From Daphnia carinata (taxonomy: Eukaryota), in the NCBI RefSeq assembly GCF_022539665.2, contig NC_081331.1, forward strand, positions 6,510,001 to 6,574,000: a stretch of 64,000 nucleotides of DNA. Direction: 5' to 3'. Below the pieces are notes generated by a model that saw nothing but the letters and a program-made list of their open reading frames with translations, did not search any database and was not told the origin of the DNA. Positions within the stretch are counted from its first letter, which is position 1, and the number at the start of each line of letters is the position of its first letter. A program made the position numbers and the translations under genes. Of this stretch, positions 39,335-54,338 are shown in pieces.

Positions 39335-40773
39335 AAGACAAAACTTTTACGCGCCCTGATTCGGCAATTTTAACATTATAAGAGCTCAAACTTGGCTTCT
39401 TTTGCCATTAACATCTGATTGATTTTTGCTTTACTTTCGAATTAACTGTCAGAAAAATTGCTTTACGCAGTTTTTCGGATAAAAGTACAAAAGTTTCCAC
39501 GTACAATACGAGTGAAATGTCGAGCACATTGGGCATATTTTGTAAAATTCAGAGAGGTATTACGCAGGCGTGATAATACCTGTTAGTTTTTACAATCTGA
39601 CTGTTTTTACTCATCATGCTGTTTGCTATATGCAATCCTTAATCGACTTAATTTAGATTAAAATAGCTATCGTTAAGACGGGTATAAATGAAAGCATGTG
39701 AAGCAAAATTAAGCATGATGAAGCAAAAAATTTGTGACAACGCCATCTTATGATGGTCTCGGGAACTTTAGTAATGAAAAAATTTATCGACAAAAAAACT
39801 AAAAAGCTAAAAAACATAACCAGGAAACTTTTAATCAAAATTAACACTAATATCTTAAGCAACTAAACGACAAATAAAACAGTTTTTACGTATGGTAGGT
39901 AAAAAGAAATTACTGCATTTTTTCTCAGATTATTAGTCCGAACTTATTTATTCCGCGAATCTAGTAATGATTTTTGAGTTTCCTCCCTTCAGCGCCAAAC
40001 TATTATTGAGAATAAAGTTATATCTGGTAGAATTTTTAGTTTAAGTAATCTGACAAAACTATTGGCTTTTATGTTATTGAATTTGTGTTTATTATCATTT
40101 ATATGACTGCAACTGCAACACTGTAAGGCATTCGTAGATCCCAATGTCCGACAACTAGTTTTACGTTGTGTGGACTGTGGAGGCAGTCGACCTCTCGAAG
40201 GCTAGTGAAGACCAAAGACAAAAGAAAAGTTTGCTGTAAACTTGAGACCCGGAATAGCCAAAGACGAAGAGTGAGAGACGTCCTTGGCCATTCGTGTTTG
40301 ACGGCCAACCCCTTTTTTGTTGCAATTGGAGCTTTCAGGGATTTCACTTCGCAGACTAGAGATCGTTCTCCAGTTCTACGGTCGCTTTCCATTTTCCTAA
40401 CAAAAATTGATAATCATTCAGCTGAAGAGATTTAGTGTCCTAGTGGAACCGATTTGCCAGTGTACGAGTATACACCAAGTGCTTATCAACGTCCATTGTC
40501 TCAAAATACCAGGTTTGTGCACCTGATCTGTTGTAGCATAAACGTCGGAGAAATGTAACAGATTATTGTCGTTTCAAGGGAGTGTCGAATCGCACCTAAC
40601 TTCATATTGTTTAAATGCCCTTTATTGATTATGATGTTATCCCAGTCAACTTTGTGTTTAAACTTCATATAGAAAAAAGACAAATATGAAATTATTTTAT
40701 TGAATATTCTTGGAGGCCAGCAGTTAGTGGAAGGTTAAGTAATATTTTCCCTTTTGTTTTTCTTAGGTGTGTA

Positions 40774-42765
40774 ATGGATTCTGACGAGGAAATCATGTAT
40801 GATGATTATGACTCTGGAAATGAGTCCAGTGGGGATGATGATGTTGAGTTTGCAATGGTGGAAGAACCAAACAATCCCAAAGAAAGGCAAGAACTTGATG
40901 AATATCCATATGAGGTACTCACCACAGAGCAGATTCTTCAGCACATGAATGAATGTATGAAAGAGGTTAACATAGTTGTAGAGGTATAACACACAATCTT
41001 CTCAAGATTATGGGAGAGTATTAATTAAAATCACACATCTCTATACTTCAGATGCCCTCAACTGTGATCAGAATGCTGTTGAATCATTTTCGTTGGGATA
41101 AAGAGAAACTAATGGAACGATACTATGATGGAGATCCAGAAAAACTCTTTACAGAGGCACATGTTGCGAGTCCATTTGCCAAAGCTGCGGTTCCAGCCAA
41201 AGTTGCCAAGAAGGACCAGCGCAGAGCAGGTCCAAGTGTTGAAGAGTGTGAGGTGTGTTAATTTTATTGATTTCATTTATTTATTTTGTTAAATTAGCAG
41301 CTCAATTTGTTAAATTTATTTTTAGATTTGTTTATCTACCTTACCTTCGTCTGTGATGTCTGGGTTGGAGTGTGGACACCGTTTTTGTGTCTCTTGCTGG
41401 GCCGAATATCTAACGACGAAAATCATGTCAGAAGGCATTGGCCAGACTATATCATGTGCTGCTCACAACTGCGAAATTCTAATTGACGATGCAACAGTCA
41501 TGAAACTCGTACCTGACGCCAGAGTACGACTTAAATACCAGCACTTGATTACCAATAGTTTTGTGGAGGTAAATGATTTTGTATGTAATAAAAATAAAAA
41601 TAATAATATTAATTGTTATTTCTATGTTTAATCGTTGCAGTGCAATAGGTTATTAAGATGGTGCCCAAGTCCGGATTGCAGCAGTGTTATCAGAGTCCAG
41701 CATGTTGAATCGCGTCCAGTGACGTGTCGTTGCGGGCATACGTTCTGCTTTGCTTGTGGTAATAACTGGCACGAGCCCGTTCGCTGCACTCTACTCCGCA
41801 AATGGATCAAAAAGTGTGACGACGATTCCGAAACTTCCAATTGGATTGCAGCCAACACCAAGGTAGCCCAATTTATAGATCCCAGAGACCGGAATAATCC
41901 ATCTTTCTGGCTTTCTCGTTTATAGGAATGCCCTAAGTGTAAGGCAACTATTGAAAAAGACGGAGGATGCAATCATATGGTTTGCAAGAACTCTCATTGT
42001 AAAACCGAGTTTTGTTGGGTATGTCTGGGACCATGGGAGCCGCATGGAACGTCATGGTAAGTGGTTTCCAATCTCATTGACGCCTAGTGTAGAAGTGAAT
42101 TTGCTTTAACCGATTATCAGGTACAATTGTAATCGTTACGACGAAGATGAGGCTCGTGCAGCTCGCGATGCTCAGGAACGTTCGAGAGCGGCACTACAAC
42201 GTTACCTTTTCTACTGTAACCGCTACATGAATCACATGCAGTCTCTACGTCTCGAGCACAAACATTACGCCACCGTGAAAGAGAAAATGGAAGAAATGCA
42301 ACAGCACAACATGTCTTGGATTGAAGTGAGAAGAACGTCTGCAGCTACAATAAATAAATACATCAATAAGGTAAAATTAAATATTTTTTTTTCAAGGTCC
42401 AATTCTTGAAAAAGGCTGTGGATATTCTCTGTCAATGTCGACAAACGTTGATGTACACTTATGTCTTCGCTTATTATCTAAAAAAGAATAATCAGTCGGT
42501 TATTTTTGAGGTAAGTTTGTTGTTAATAGTCCTGCCATTTTGATATTGGCCTATGTTTAACTTCACATAGGACAATCAAAGGGATTTGGAGACAGCAACA
42601 GAAAAACTTTCTGAATATCTCGAGCGCGACATTACCCAAGAGAACCTCGTCGACATCAAACAGAAAGTCCAGGACAAGTACCGGTATTGCGACAGCCGAA
42701 GGAGAGTATTGGCCGAGCATGTTTACGAAGGGTACGACAAGGAGTGGTGGGAGTATAATGACTAG
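40774..42765 (+). CDS. ari-1: Ariadne-1 RBR E3 ubiquitin ligase
   Basis: Acidic N-terminus MDSDEE; RING1 (C..C...[10 protein letters not shown]); IBR (WCPSPDC...[11 protein letters not shown]); RING2 ([20 protein letters not shown]); Ariadne domain ending [12 protein letters not shown]. Confidence 0.96.
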
Positions 42766-44430
42766 TCCAAAAAGTAACGAAACAAATTTGCGCTAATCCT
42801 TGTTGTGCCAAGTTTCGGAACACAACAAAAGTCGGAAGAGACGAGAGCACTTTCATTTAGTCTCCCCTAGAAAAATGAAAAGAATCAAGATTTAAAGGGC
42901 AAACGTTTCAGTTCGTGTCTGCCTAGTTCGAAAACTTGGTTCTAACGCTCCTGTCTCGAAAATTTAAGGTCTTTTCTTCTATGTATGTGTGGAATGCTCG
43001 CTGTGCGCTCTGCTATACATTAAACAATCGTTTATCCCTCCCATATTTTTTCGCCCCTTTTTTTCTTTGTTGTATCGCTTTAAAACCATCTTTGTACATG
43101 TACCCTTTTGCGGCGAAATGGATACATACCGCGTGTCTTGCGGAACGATATTTTGTCGGATATCGATTATTATTGATAAAGAACGTTTGGACAGCTTGGA
43201 GCGTTGAAACGTTTTTTGTAGGCCTTCTTCGTTTTTTTGTTTTGTTTGCAGTATTTTACAATGGCAGCACCTCTCCTTCATGTCTTTCTCTAAAACAATG
43301 GAAATGGCGAACCGTCAGTTTGTTGGAATGTGCTGAAGGAGGCTGTTTCGGCGTTGGCTGACGTCTCCTGCTGTAACAACTTACACCTTCATCATATACG
43401 GTACCTATCTGCCTCTTCAGTTCATATGTTTGTGTGAATGTTATACGAAGTATACGAAAAACAGCAGGTGTGATTTGTTTGTTTAAATCTTTCCTTTTGT
43501 CACTCAAATCATTTATATATGATACCTTTAATATCTTTATTAAAAAAGTTGAAGAACAATATAATTTATCCTTATCGAACTTTGCTGAAATGATTTTTGC
43601 TCAAAACATAGCAGACTGACAAAATATTTTATTCTTTATACTACTTGAGTAAAGATTTCGCATGTAGGTAATGTGTTCGATCTTTTTTATTGCGCTAGTC
43701 TTCCTCTAGTAATTACGGCTTTAAATGTGATCCGCGCAACATGAATTTGGTAGCCGAGATCGTGAGATACCTATAAAACACTCTCGTATCCCCTTTTTCT
43801 GATGTTTTTAAAAGCGCAACCCCTAGCTACCGGAGAACGAAGAACTAGGCCGTAGGCCCTAGAGGAAACAAAAATTTAGGTTTTGGTCTTGAGAGTTTGC
43901 AGACTCTCAGTTCACATTCAAAGATCAGAAAACAAAAAGTGAGAGCAGATCAAGAGCCCAGATTAGACATGATCATGATGCAGTTAGTATTGGTTTCCCG
44001 GTTGTTTTTAATTTTGGCCATACTGCCCGTAGTCATTTTTGTGAAGTTGTGGATCTTGTGGTGTTGGAGGTGTACACACAACAACAAAGCCCTATTCAAG
44101 AACATTGGGAAAAATAGCTTTTCAATATTGGGGTTGCATTAGTCTGTGATCCCCATTCAATTCATTTGTATGTAGGGAATATTATTTCCGTGAGTACGTT
44201 TTGTAATTTTGACGTTTTAACGTTTTTCATTTTGTAATCGGAACTTGGATGATTTATAGTTTCATTATTTTTCATTATTGATTTGTTTGTTGCATCAGCC
44301 TTGGGAGAGGGGACATGTATGTTTGTTTGTTTTTCTGACAAAGATACTGCTGTTCCAATATCTGATCTATGCCTGTTAATCATAAGCTGTTTTTATCAAA
44401 TTTGTGTCTAGGCTACACTTAATCCCAATC

Positions 44431-47079
<2,649 letters not shown>

Positions 47080-47234
47080 CCTTTTTTTGTCGTTATTGCT
47101 GTCACATCAAGGGTTGGGTTTTTGATCGCCACTTGGATCTCTAAATTTTCAAATGTTTTAATCAAGCAAATTTGGTTTAGCAGCACTACTTTATTGACAC
47201 ACTATGAGAAATACAACATTCTTGGAAGATACTG

Positions 47235-47489
47235 TCACTGTTTTTTTGCATTTTTGTTAATTTCGTTCATTCCCTTTGCCAGTTCCTCCTTGAATTTCCC
47301 AGTGAATGAATCTAGCCTCTGTGCCCCTTGTTTTAACCCATCCTGAATAGCTCCTTCACCTAAAGCCTTACTTTTGTGGTAGGCATAAACTGTGAGCTGA
47401 GCTGCACGTCGTACAGGGTATGAGTCAGAGAGTTTCTCAATGAGTTGTGGGTTGTTTGCAAGGTAATTGAATAAGTGACGAAAAACCAT
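47235..47489 (-). CDS. NCBP2AS2: NCBP2AS2 (HIAR)-homologous small protein, intronless
   Basis: MVFRHLFNYLANNPQLIEKLSDSYPVRRAAQLT resembles human [33 protein letters not shown] (from recall). Confidence 0.85.
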   Translation of the reverse strand: MVFRHLFNYLANNPQLIEKLSDSYPVRRAAQLTVYAYHKSKALGEGAIQDGLKQGAQRLDSFTGKFKEELAKGMNEINKNAKKQ

Positions 47490-47491
47490 AA

Positions 47492-48088
47492 TTAATGCTG
47501 ATGAATCTGAAACTCTGTTTGAGCTTCACGGTCAAATGACGTAATTGATCTATATTTGTTGAGAAGATCTCTTTTCAATGTAAGTTGTTGTCTTAGCAAA
47601 TCAATTTGCTGCAACTGTTCTTCTTTACTGAGCTCAATGCCCGGAAGCTTCCTAACCTGAAAAAAAATGACATCTTTGACTGTTGTTTCATGTTGTAAAA
47701 TATACTTGTTAGCCAATGTTTTTAGAATAGAAACAACAGACAGAACTGGCATGGAAGGGATGTAGTAGTATGAATATCTTTAATGTTTAATAAAGCAAGA
47801 ATTAACATTAGGATTATTGGAAGAAATTTTGGAGCACTTACCACTTCTCTTGCGTGATCGAGTTTTCGTTGTAATTCTAATACTTTTTGACCAGCTTCTT
47901 GAGAATCCTTTAGTTTCTGGGCGTTATCCTGCTGTTCTTTCTCGACACTACATAATCGGCGTGGTTGCAAACCTTATTAAATTTTTTTCTTGTCTTCTAC
48001 ATTTTAAGCTATTGTACCTTTTAATGATATCATAAATTGTAGAGAGCAAATCAAAATCTCCCTCGTCGGCTAACTGTGTTGTCGCCAT
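47492..48088 (-). CDS. MED9: Mediator subunit 9 (3 exons)
   Basis: MATTQLADEGDFDLLSTIYDIIKS|VEKEQQDNAQKLKDSQEAGQKVLELQRKLDHAREV|VRKLPGIELSKEEQLQQIDLLRQQLTLKRDLLNKY...*, matching the MED9 signature. Confidence 0.9.
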
Positions 48089-49496
48089 TTGGAAAGAAAA
48101 AATTCAGAAAAACACGAGAATTAACAACCCTGCCACTCTTTCTCGGCAATGTGCATACTCTGCTCAGCGCCCCACTAACTAAATTGTGGAATATGTGAAG
48201 TTGAATGAATATATATAAGTTAACATGTCTCAAATTGTTAAAATGGCTTGTGTGTTAAAAAGAATTTGTGCAGAATCCCTTTCGCTTTAAAAATATACGG
48301 CTCAATTTTCACTAAATTAAATGAGTCAATGATGTCAAACAGGGATGAGTTAGGGACTTTTATTCCATTAAGGGCACGAATGCAATTCATCTTTGGCACA
48401 GCCAAGTTTTAGCAAAGACAAGTTGTATGTCGCAATAACATGGCTTTTTGGCGTAATGTGGGTCAATTTTGCAAGAAATTTACTGTTAGGCTCAAAGATG
48501 ACTGTCAGCACACACATCAACTCAGAATCTTAATGTTGGAAAAGAACAATTTAGCCGAGTATTCTGATTATATTAAAATAGCAAGGGAATCTTTATGTAA
48601 AAATTGTATGTCTCCTGATGGTGCAACGCGATCGATTACCAACGTATTTATAATCAGTGGTTGCATTTTTTTCCTCAGGTGTTTGATTTGAGTCGTCAGG
48701 AGTTTGCAGCTTTCTTTTCGTTGTATTGTTTGCAATGCGCCTGCGCTAAAGAAAAAAAAAAAAAAAAAAGGGGGGGGGGGTAGAGCGGGATACCCCTAGG
48801 CGTCGTCCTGGCCTCCAAAAACGAAAACCGTCGCCATTGTTTGTAAGGTGTTCAGCGAGTGCAGACCCTAACTTCTACTTGTGGTAAGTTATTAATTGAT
48901 CTTTCACCAATTTATTCGTGCCAATTCGGGTGTTTGTCGTTGTCATCAGTAAGTGTGTATTCCGTAGTTTCGATTAAGTGTTATTTGAGCCTAACTTGGG
49001 TATGAAGTGATGAAGAAAGTTGCGTTTCAAAGTTGTCGTTTCTGGGTTTTTCACTATTCGACTCAGAAACGAGGTTCATCGGCCAAGCCCCATATCTAGT
49101 ATACAAGAGTGGAAGCGAACATTTTTCACAGGACGCGTTAGTTTTTCCCCTCTATGAATCGATAGTAGAAGCGCCGTAGTTGCCACATTGTTTATTGTGT
49201 ACGCTTTTTCCCGCCAAAGCTGTTTTTGACATTCAACGTGTTGACTATCGAGTACATATCGAGTTATTTTATTTACAGCTTTATTGCATTTGTTAGTTGC
49301 AGATGTTCAATAGTACTTGTACGTGTTTTTTTATTTCGGTCTATTGGTTTGTTTTGAACACTTTCCAGGTTGGTTTTAATACTGATACTGGGGTTTACGT
49401 TAAAACATCTTATGTCATTCATGAGTCTTGCATGCTGTGTGATTGCTATCTGTTCTATCTAATGTGTTTTTTTTTTCCCTATAGGTTAATTGATAA

Positions 49497-50040
<544 letters not shown>

Positions 50041-51469
50041 ACAAGATATCATCCTATCTGACAAAACAACTACAGTTAAATTTCCTTCCCTCCCCTAACG
50101 CATCATTTTTTACGCGAAGCATTTTTTTTTTCCTCATCGCCCCACCACTACCACAATTTTTAAAAAATTTCAAACTCGGAAAAGGTCCCTTCAAATATAA
50201 AACAAATCAAATCGAAACTTTTTTTTTACGTCAATACTTCTGTTTCGGACTTTTGGTCGCGCACCCGCCACGATCTCATATACCGCACTTCATGATTTTT
50301 TTTTTTTACCGGTACGGAGGGATTTTTGTTGTACGTTGAAATAAATTAAAAACAAAGTAAATCAGATCGGATAAAATGGTCATCGTTCCCTCATGCTTTC
50401 ATTGCCTGTCATGCGAAGACAGCTCAAGAATGAAAATGACATTAAGTATCATCTTCGAAAAACTAGAAACGGGAACGAAACGTATGCTGAGCCGCTCCCA
50501 TTTTAGATACTATATCCACATCTTTCTATCCAAGAAAAGACAATTAGACCTATTCTTCATTGACTTTATGTAACGCATTTTTTTTTTCTTCTAATCGATT
50601 GCCAGTTGTATGTGTCCGTTTGGTGGAGGGATTGTCTTTTCCTAATGACATCTCTGCAAAATTTCTTTTTTGTGTTCACATTTGTGGGATTTTCTTCTAT
50701 CCAACCCATACCCCTCGCCCATTAAAAAAAAAGGAAAAAAAAAACTCATTTAGATTTCATTTCTCAGCATCCCTTCGGCGTGTTTTGTGTACCGTCGCGT
50801 TGGTACTCTAGAATGTGGCTGTACTCATTTAATAAATCTTTTTCTAATACCTTTACCCACACGGGATTATTTACTTTAGTAACATGCTAAGATGATACAA
50901 AAAGGATATTTTAAATCAAATGATTTCAATGTTAATAATTTAATTGAGCTCGATGATTGGAGAACCGGAGTGGTGACCGTACCTATGTTGCTTACAAAAA
51001 GCTCATGAACTTGTCCTGGTATTCTCTCGCTTTCATTAATATGGAAATTAAGAAACTTTGCATTTGATTACATTAACATTTGATTAATTTATTATTAAAT
51101 GCTTCTTGGTTGTCTTTTTTCAACATCTAAAATAATATTAACAAATCAACAACTCATGATGAATTTTTTTGTTTTTCAATTACCCTGGTGTACAAGAGCA
51201 CAAGAGGCTTACATCAATATATGTGTTTAGATTAATTTTCAATCAGTTTGAGTGGGAGGCTGAGAGATGGGAGGTAGGAGAAGGCTTCTGTTTTACCTTC
51301 GCCCGCTCCTGCTTGTTGGGCTCGCGCTCGGCAGCCATATACTTCTTTATTTGTTTAAGTTGGTATGGCAATGCGGTACAGGACTTTCGGCGAATCACGG
51401 CCCTTCTTCTTCCCAACTCCCGCCCCCTCACCATTCCTATTCCATCGCGGAAGTTTCTTGTGCAGTGGA

Positions 51470-51477
51470 TATCGATA
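51470..51477. promoter_or_regulatory. DRE element (TATCGATA) at the snoRNA host promoter
   Basis: Exact palindromic DRE just upstream of the first donor site (51546). Confidence 0.5.
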
Positions 51478-52003
51478 GCAATTTCACTGCAGCTTGGTTT
51501 GCTGACCATGCTTCAATCGGCACTCACACGTCCTAAACGGAAATGGTAAGTTTGTTTTACTATTTAAGTAATTATTAACCACCATTGTAAGTTATAAAAT
51601 TTAGAATTCAATAGCTTGTTCTTTTAAAAGCTTGATAAAATCTTAAAGAGTAGTATCAGAGCTATGATTACTTTGATTCAGGCGGCTATGGAGCATGTCT
51701 TCAAAATGTGTATTTACACCATGTCAGTGATGGGTTAAAAGTGTAATAGGTCCGATTTCATTGTCATCGTTGTGTTGAAATATTTACTTTAGGCAAATAC
51801 TCGTAATATGTTCCAATCTACTTTACAGATCAAATTAGTACAGAACTCCAAAAAATTCTCTTACTTACAAACTTTGATGCTTTTGTTACATAGGATGTGC
51901 GGAATTGTTTCACTTGAGTCGTCGTATACACTATGGTTCCCTCTGTATTGGTGTTTTCAACATTCATGAGGTAGGTGTCAAAATTTTACATTTCTTCTTT
52001 GTT

Positions 52004-52069
52004 GGGTGATGATTAACACAGACCTGTTCTGATCTTTTTGAGGAAAAGTATTGTTGCAAATCTGAATCT
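52004..52069 (+). ncRNA. C/D snoRNA, SNORD25/snR56-like, copy 1
   Basis: C box GTGATGA at 52006; guide CACAGACCTGTT complementary to 18S AACAGGUCUGUG; D' CTGA at 52029; D CTGA at 52062. Confidence 0.9.
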
Positions 52070-52303
52070 ATGTAATGGAATCCTTATTTTTGTGTTGTTA
52101 GTAGCTTTATCTGACTTATTTTGTTACAGGTTTAAACCTCACTGTTTAATGGTTAAACAAACTGGTAAGATGGATCAGTATACCAAATACTGTGGTTTGA
52201 GAAGAGGTCGATACAATTTCTACTTCATCTATCTTACGCATGATACCATGGTGTTACCAAAATTGGTGAGTTGTGTCAAACATGTAATGTTTTTAAGCAT
52301 TTT

Positions 52304-52369
52304 AGGTGATGATTAACACAGACCTGTTCTGATCTTTTTGAGGAAAACTATTGTTACAAATCTGAATCT
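52304..52369 (+). ncRNA. C/D snoRNA, SNORD25/snR56-like, copy 2
   Basis: Near-identical duplicate 300 nt downstream with the same boxes and guide. Confidence 0.9.
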
Positions 52370-52581
52370 TTGTAATGGAATCACTACACTTCTGTATTGG
52401 CTCTCACTTATCTTATTTATTTTCTTCAAGGTGGACATGCATGAGGGTGTTGGGTAAACTGAAGAAGTAGCCTGGCCTACCATATTTCCTTGGTTCTGGG
52501 GGAGCCTAGTTCAACTGCTTGAATTTCTTAAGGGATGTGAAGTAAGTTTATCAACTATAGATACATTTAATTTTGCTGGTT

Positions 52582-52665
52582 ACAGTGATGATTATTTCTG
52601 TCTGATTAGCACATTGTTGCATTATGAAATCAAACAAATTATAAGACATGCATGGTTCTGAGTTT
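52582..52665 (+). ncRNA. C/D snoRNA with guide to the 18S 5' region
   Basis: C box GTGATGA at 52585, D CTGA at 52658; guide AGACATGCATGG(TT) complementary to 18S (AG)CCAUGCAUGUCU. Confidence 0.8.
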
Positions 52666-52881
52666 TTGGGTGGGGCCACTTTAGTTGGCCTTTGGAAAGT
52701 TGAAGATTGATCAAGGAATTTGCTTGCAGGGGTTTGCAGTACTTCCGATGTGGCGTCGGAGTAGCGAGTATCCCACTGTAGCAGTAACGGCTATTCGGAG
52801 TACTTTTGGTGTGGAAAGTTCAGAGGTTTTCCAAACTACTTGTTCCGAGGTGTGTGTTTTTACAATTTATCTTCAGATTTT

Positions 52882-52950
52882 TCCTGTGACGATATACTTC
52901 ATTCCAGACATTATGCTGGTGGTTCAAACTGATTTATTGAGACTGAGGAT
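52882..52950 (+). ncRNA. C/D snoRNA, target not recognised
   Basis: C box GTGACGA at 52886, D CTGA at 52943, TCCT/AGGA terminal stem, ~77 nt upstream of the 3' splice site. Confidence 0.7.
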
Positions 52951-53154
52951 ACCTCTAAATGTCTTATGTAGAGTGACGTGTCCTAGCTGGTCTTAGATTA
53001 ACGTTTTATAATTTATTTGGCAGGTTAAGTGGAATGTCGTACACTACGACCATTTGGGTTTTACTCGGGACAGGGTATCACATGCCCGCCATTTTTCGCT
53101 ATCCACGGGTGAAGTGTGGAGGTAATCCATGTGTTTAATGCTTGTTTTGTCTTT

Positions 53155-53224
53155 AGACATGATGTATTGCATAAATTTTGAAGAATAATGATAACCAGTA
53201 TTTTCGTCACTACCACTGACAGTG
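53155..53224 (+). ncRNA. C/D snoRNA, SNORD70-like (18S Am512 equivalent)
   Basis: C-like box ATGATGT at 53159; guide TTTTCGTCACTACC complementary to 18S GGUAGUGACGAAAA; D CTGA at 53216. Confidence 0.85.
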
Positions 53225-53371
53225 TTAACTGCCGTTTGTACGATAACCTGCATTGTATTTCATTAACTGGTTTTTTATTAGGTCCGTTTGGTGTTTTGGT
53301 GTCTACAGTTGCGTTCCTAGGAGGGGGAGATAGCGAAGTAATTCATATTTCAACACTTGTTTGTTTGTTTT

Positions 53372-53456
53372 ACCGTGATGACACATTATTCTGACACCTC
53401 TTCTGAATTAATCGTTGAAGATCTTTTTATGGCTGATTACCTGATTCAGTCTGAAG
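53372..53456 (+). ncRNA. C/D snoRNA, SNORD60/snR48-like (28S)
   Basis: C box GTGATGA at 53375; guide TTCTGACACCTC complementary to 28S GAGGUGUCAGAA; D' CTGA at 53403; C' TGAAGA; D-box candidates at 53433, 53441 and 53451. Confidence 0.85.
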
Positions 53457-53637
53457 AATGATTAAGTGTTTGGAAGGTACTTAACATTTTTGTTTTTACT
53501 TGAGTAGGGCGTAGCTCGGCGTCGCTTAGATCTGGCAGTTGGATTTGTTTGCTGTTCTTCTAGCCGGTAACGGATGTATCTGAAGATCACCAGGCGTGCA
53601 TCATTCAGGTATTGAGATTACTTAAAACTTTTCTTAG

Positions 53638-53775
53638 TGCATCGGGAAGTCAGCGGCTGGCCTTAATTGGGTTAGTGGCGTTACTTCGGTGCTAGATAGA
53701 TTTCTCTGCGGGTGGAGGGTGCTAGTGCCGTTCTGGCATGAGCGTTTTCAAATCCTGCAGTGTTTGGAGACTTGA
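53638..53775 (+). ncRNA. Putative H/ACA-like snoRNA with variant boxes
   Basis: Two hairpins (GCATCGG...TCGGTGC and CTGCGGG...CCTGCAG) separated by AGATAG(A), ending in ACT. Intronic. Confidence 0.5.
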
Positions 53776-53923
53776 GAGTTGAAGTCAAATACTATGTTTA
53801 ATTTCATAGCAAGTTCTCTTACACTTTTTCTGATTTCTAGATTTTCGAGCGGATTAAGTTTTTACAAGGAGTTAGGTGTCATGCTGGCAATGTTATTCAG
53901 GTATATTACAAGCATTAGATATA

Positions 53924-54059
53924 CCCCACTATTTAAGCCGATTGGGTTGGCTCATAACTGGCTACTCTTTGGTATACGGTGGGAACAATAACGCTATTCC
54001 GTGTAAGATCTTCTATTCAGCTCTTGATGGAAAATCTAAGGGTTGAATAAGCAACAGTT
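53924..54059 (+). ncRNA. H/ACA snoRNA
   Basis: Hairpin CCCACT...GGTGGG, H box ACAATA, hairpin GCTATTC...GAATAAGC, then ACA plus 3 nt. Confidence 0.75.
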
Positions 54060-54204
54060 TTTATTCTTATAGGTTTTAATAGATTTCTTTATGAACAGGT
54101 CGCGGCAAGGAGGAAGCTTAACGGGTGGACGGAAAGTCAGTGTGATCGTGAAACCAGACGATGGTTGTTTCCAGGTAATAGTGTTGGCTCTTGCTGTTTC
54201 TGTT

Positions 54205-54338
54205 ACGACGGTATTTTTTTTGGTGTCACCACTTATTGTGGTTGTGCACATCCCTGCTGTCGAAAAGAAAGGTTCGTAGTATATCCTTCGCCTTGTCTGA
54301 TGTCATAGACCTGGGGAGTGGAAAGCTGCGCAACATCT
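54205..54338 (+). ncRNA. H/ACA snoRNA
   Basis: Hairpin CGACGGTA...TGCTGTCG, H box AAAAGA/AAAGAA, hairpin CGTAGT...GCTGCG, ACA at 54333. Confidence 0.7.

Noticed and set aside
48752..48780. Poly-A/poly-G run (similar G run at ~1997-2012)
   Set aside because: Simple homopolymers, common in this sequence and error-prone; no function supported.
49007..49075. TGATGA plus hairpin in the H3.3 leader intron as a snoRNA
   Set aside because: No matching D box or rRNA guide found.
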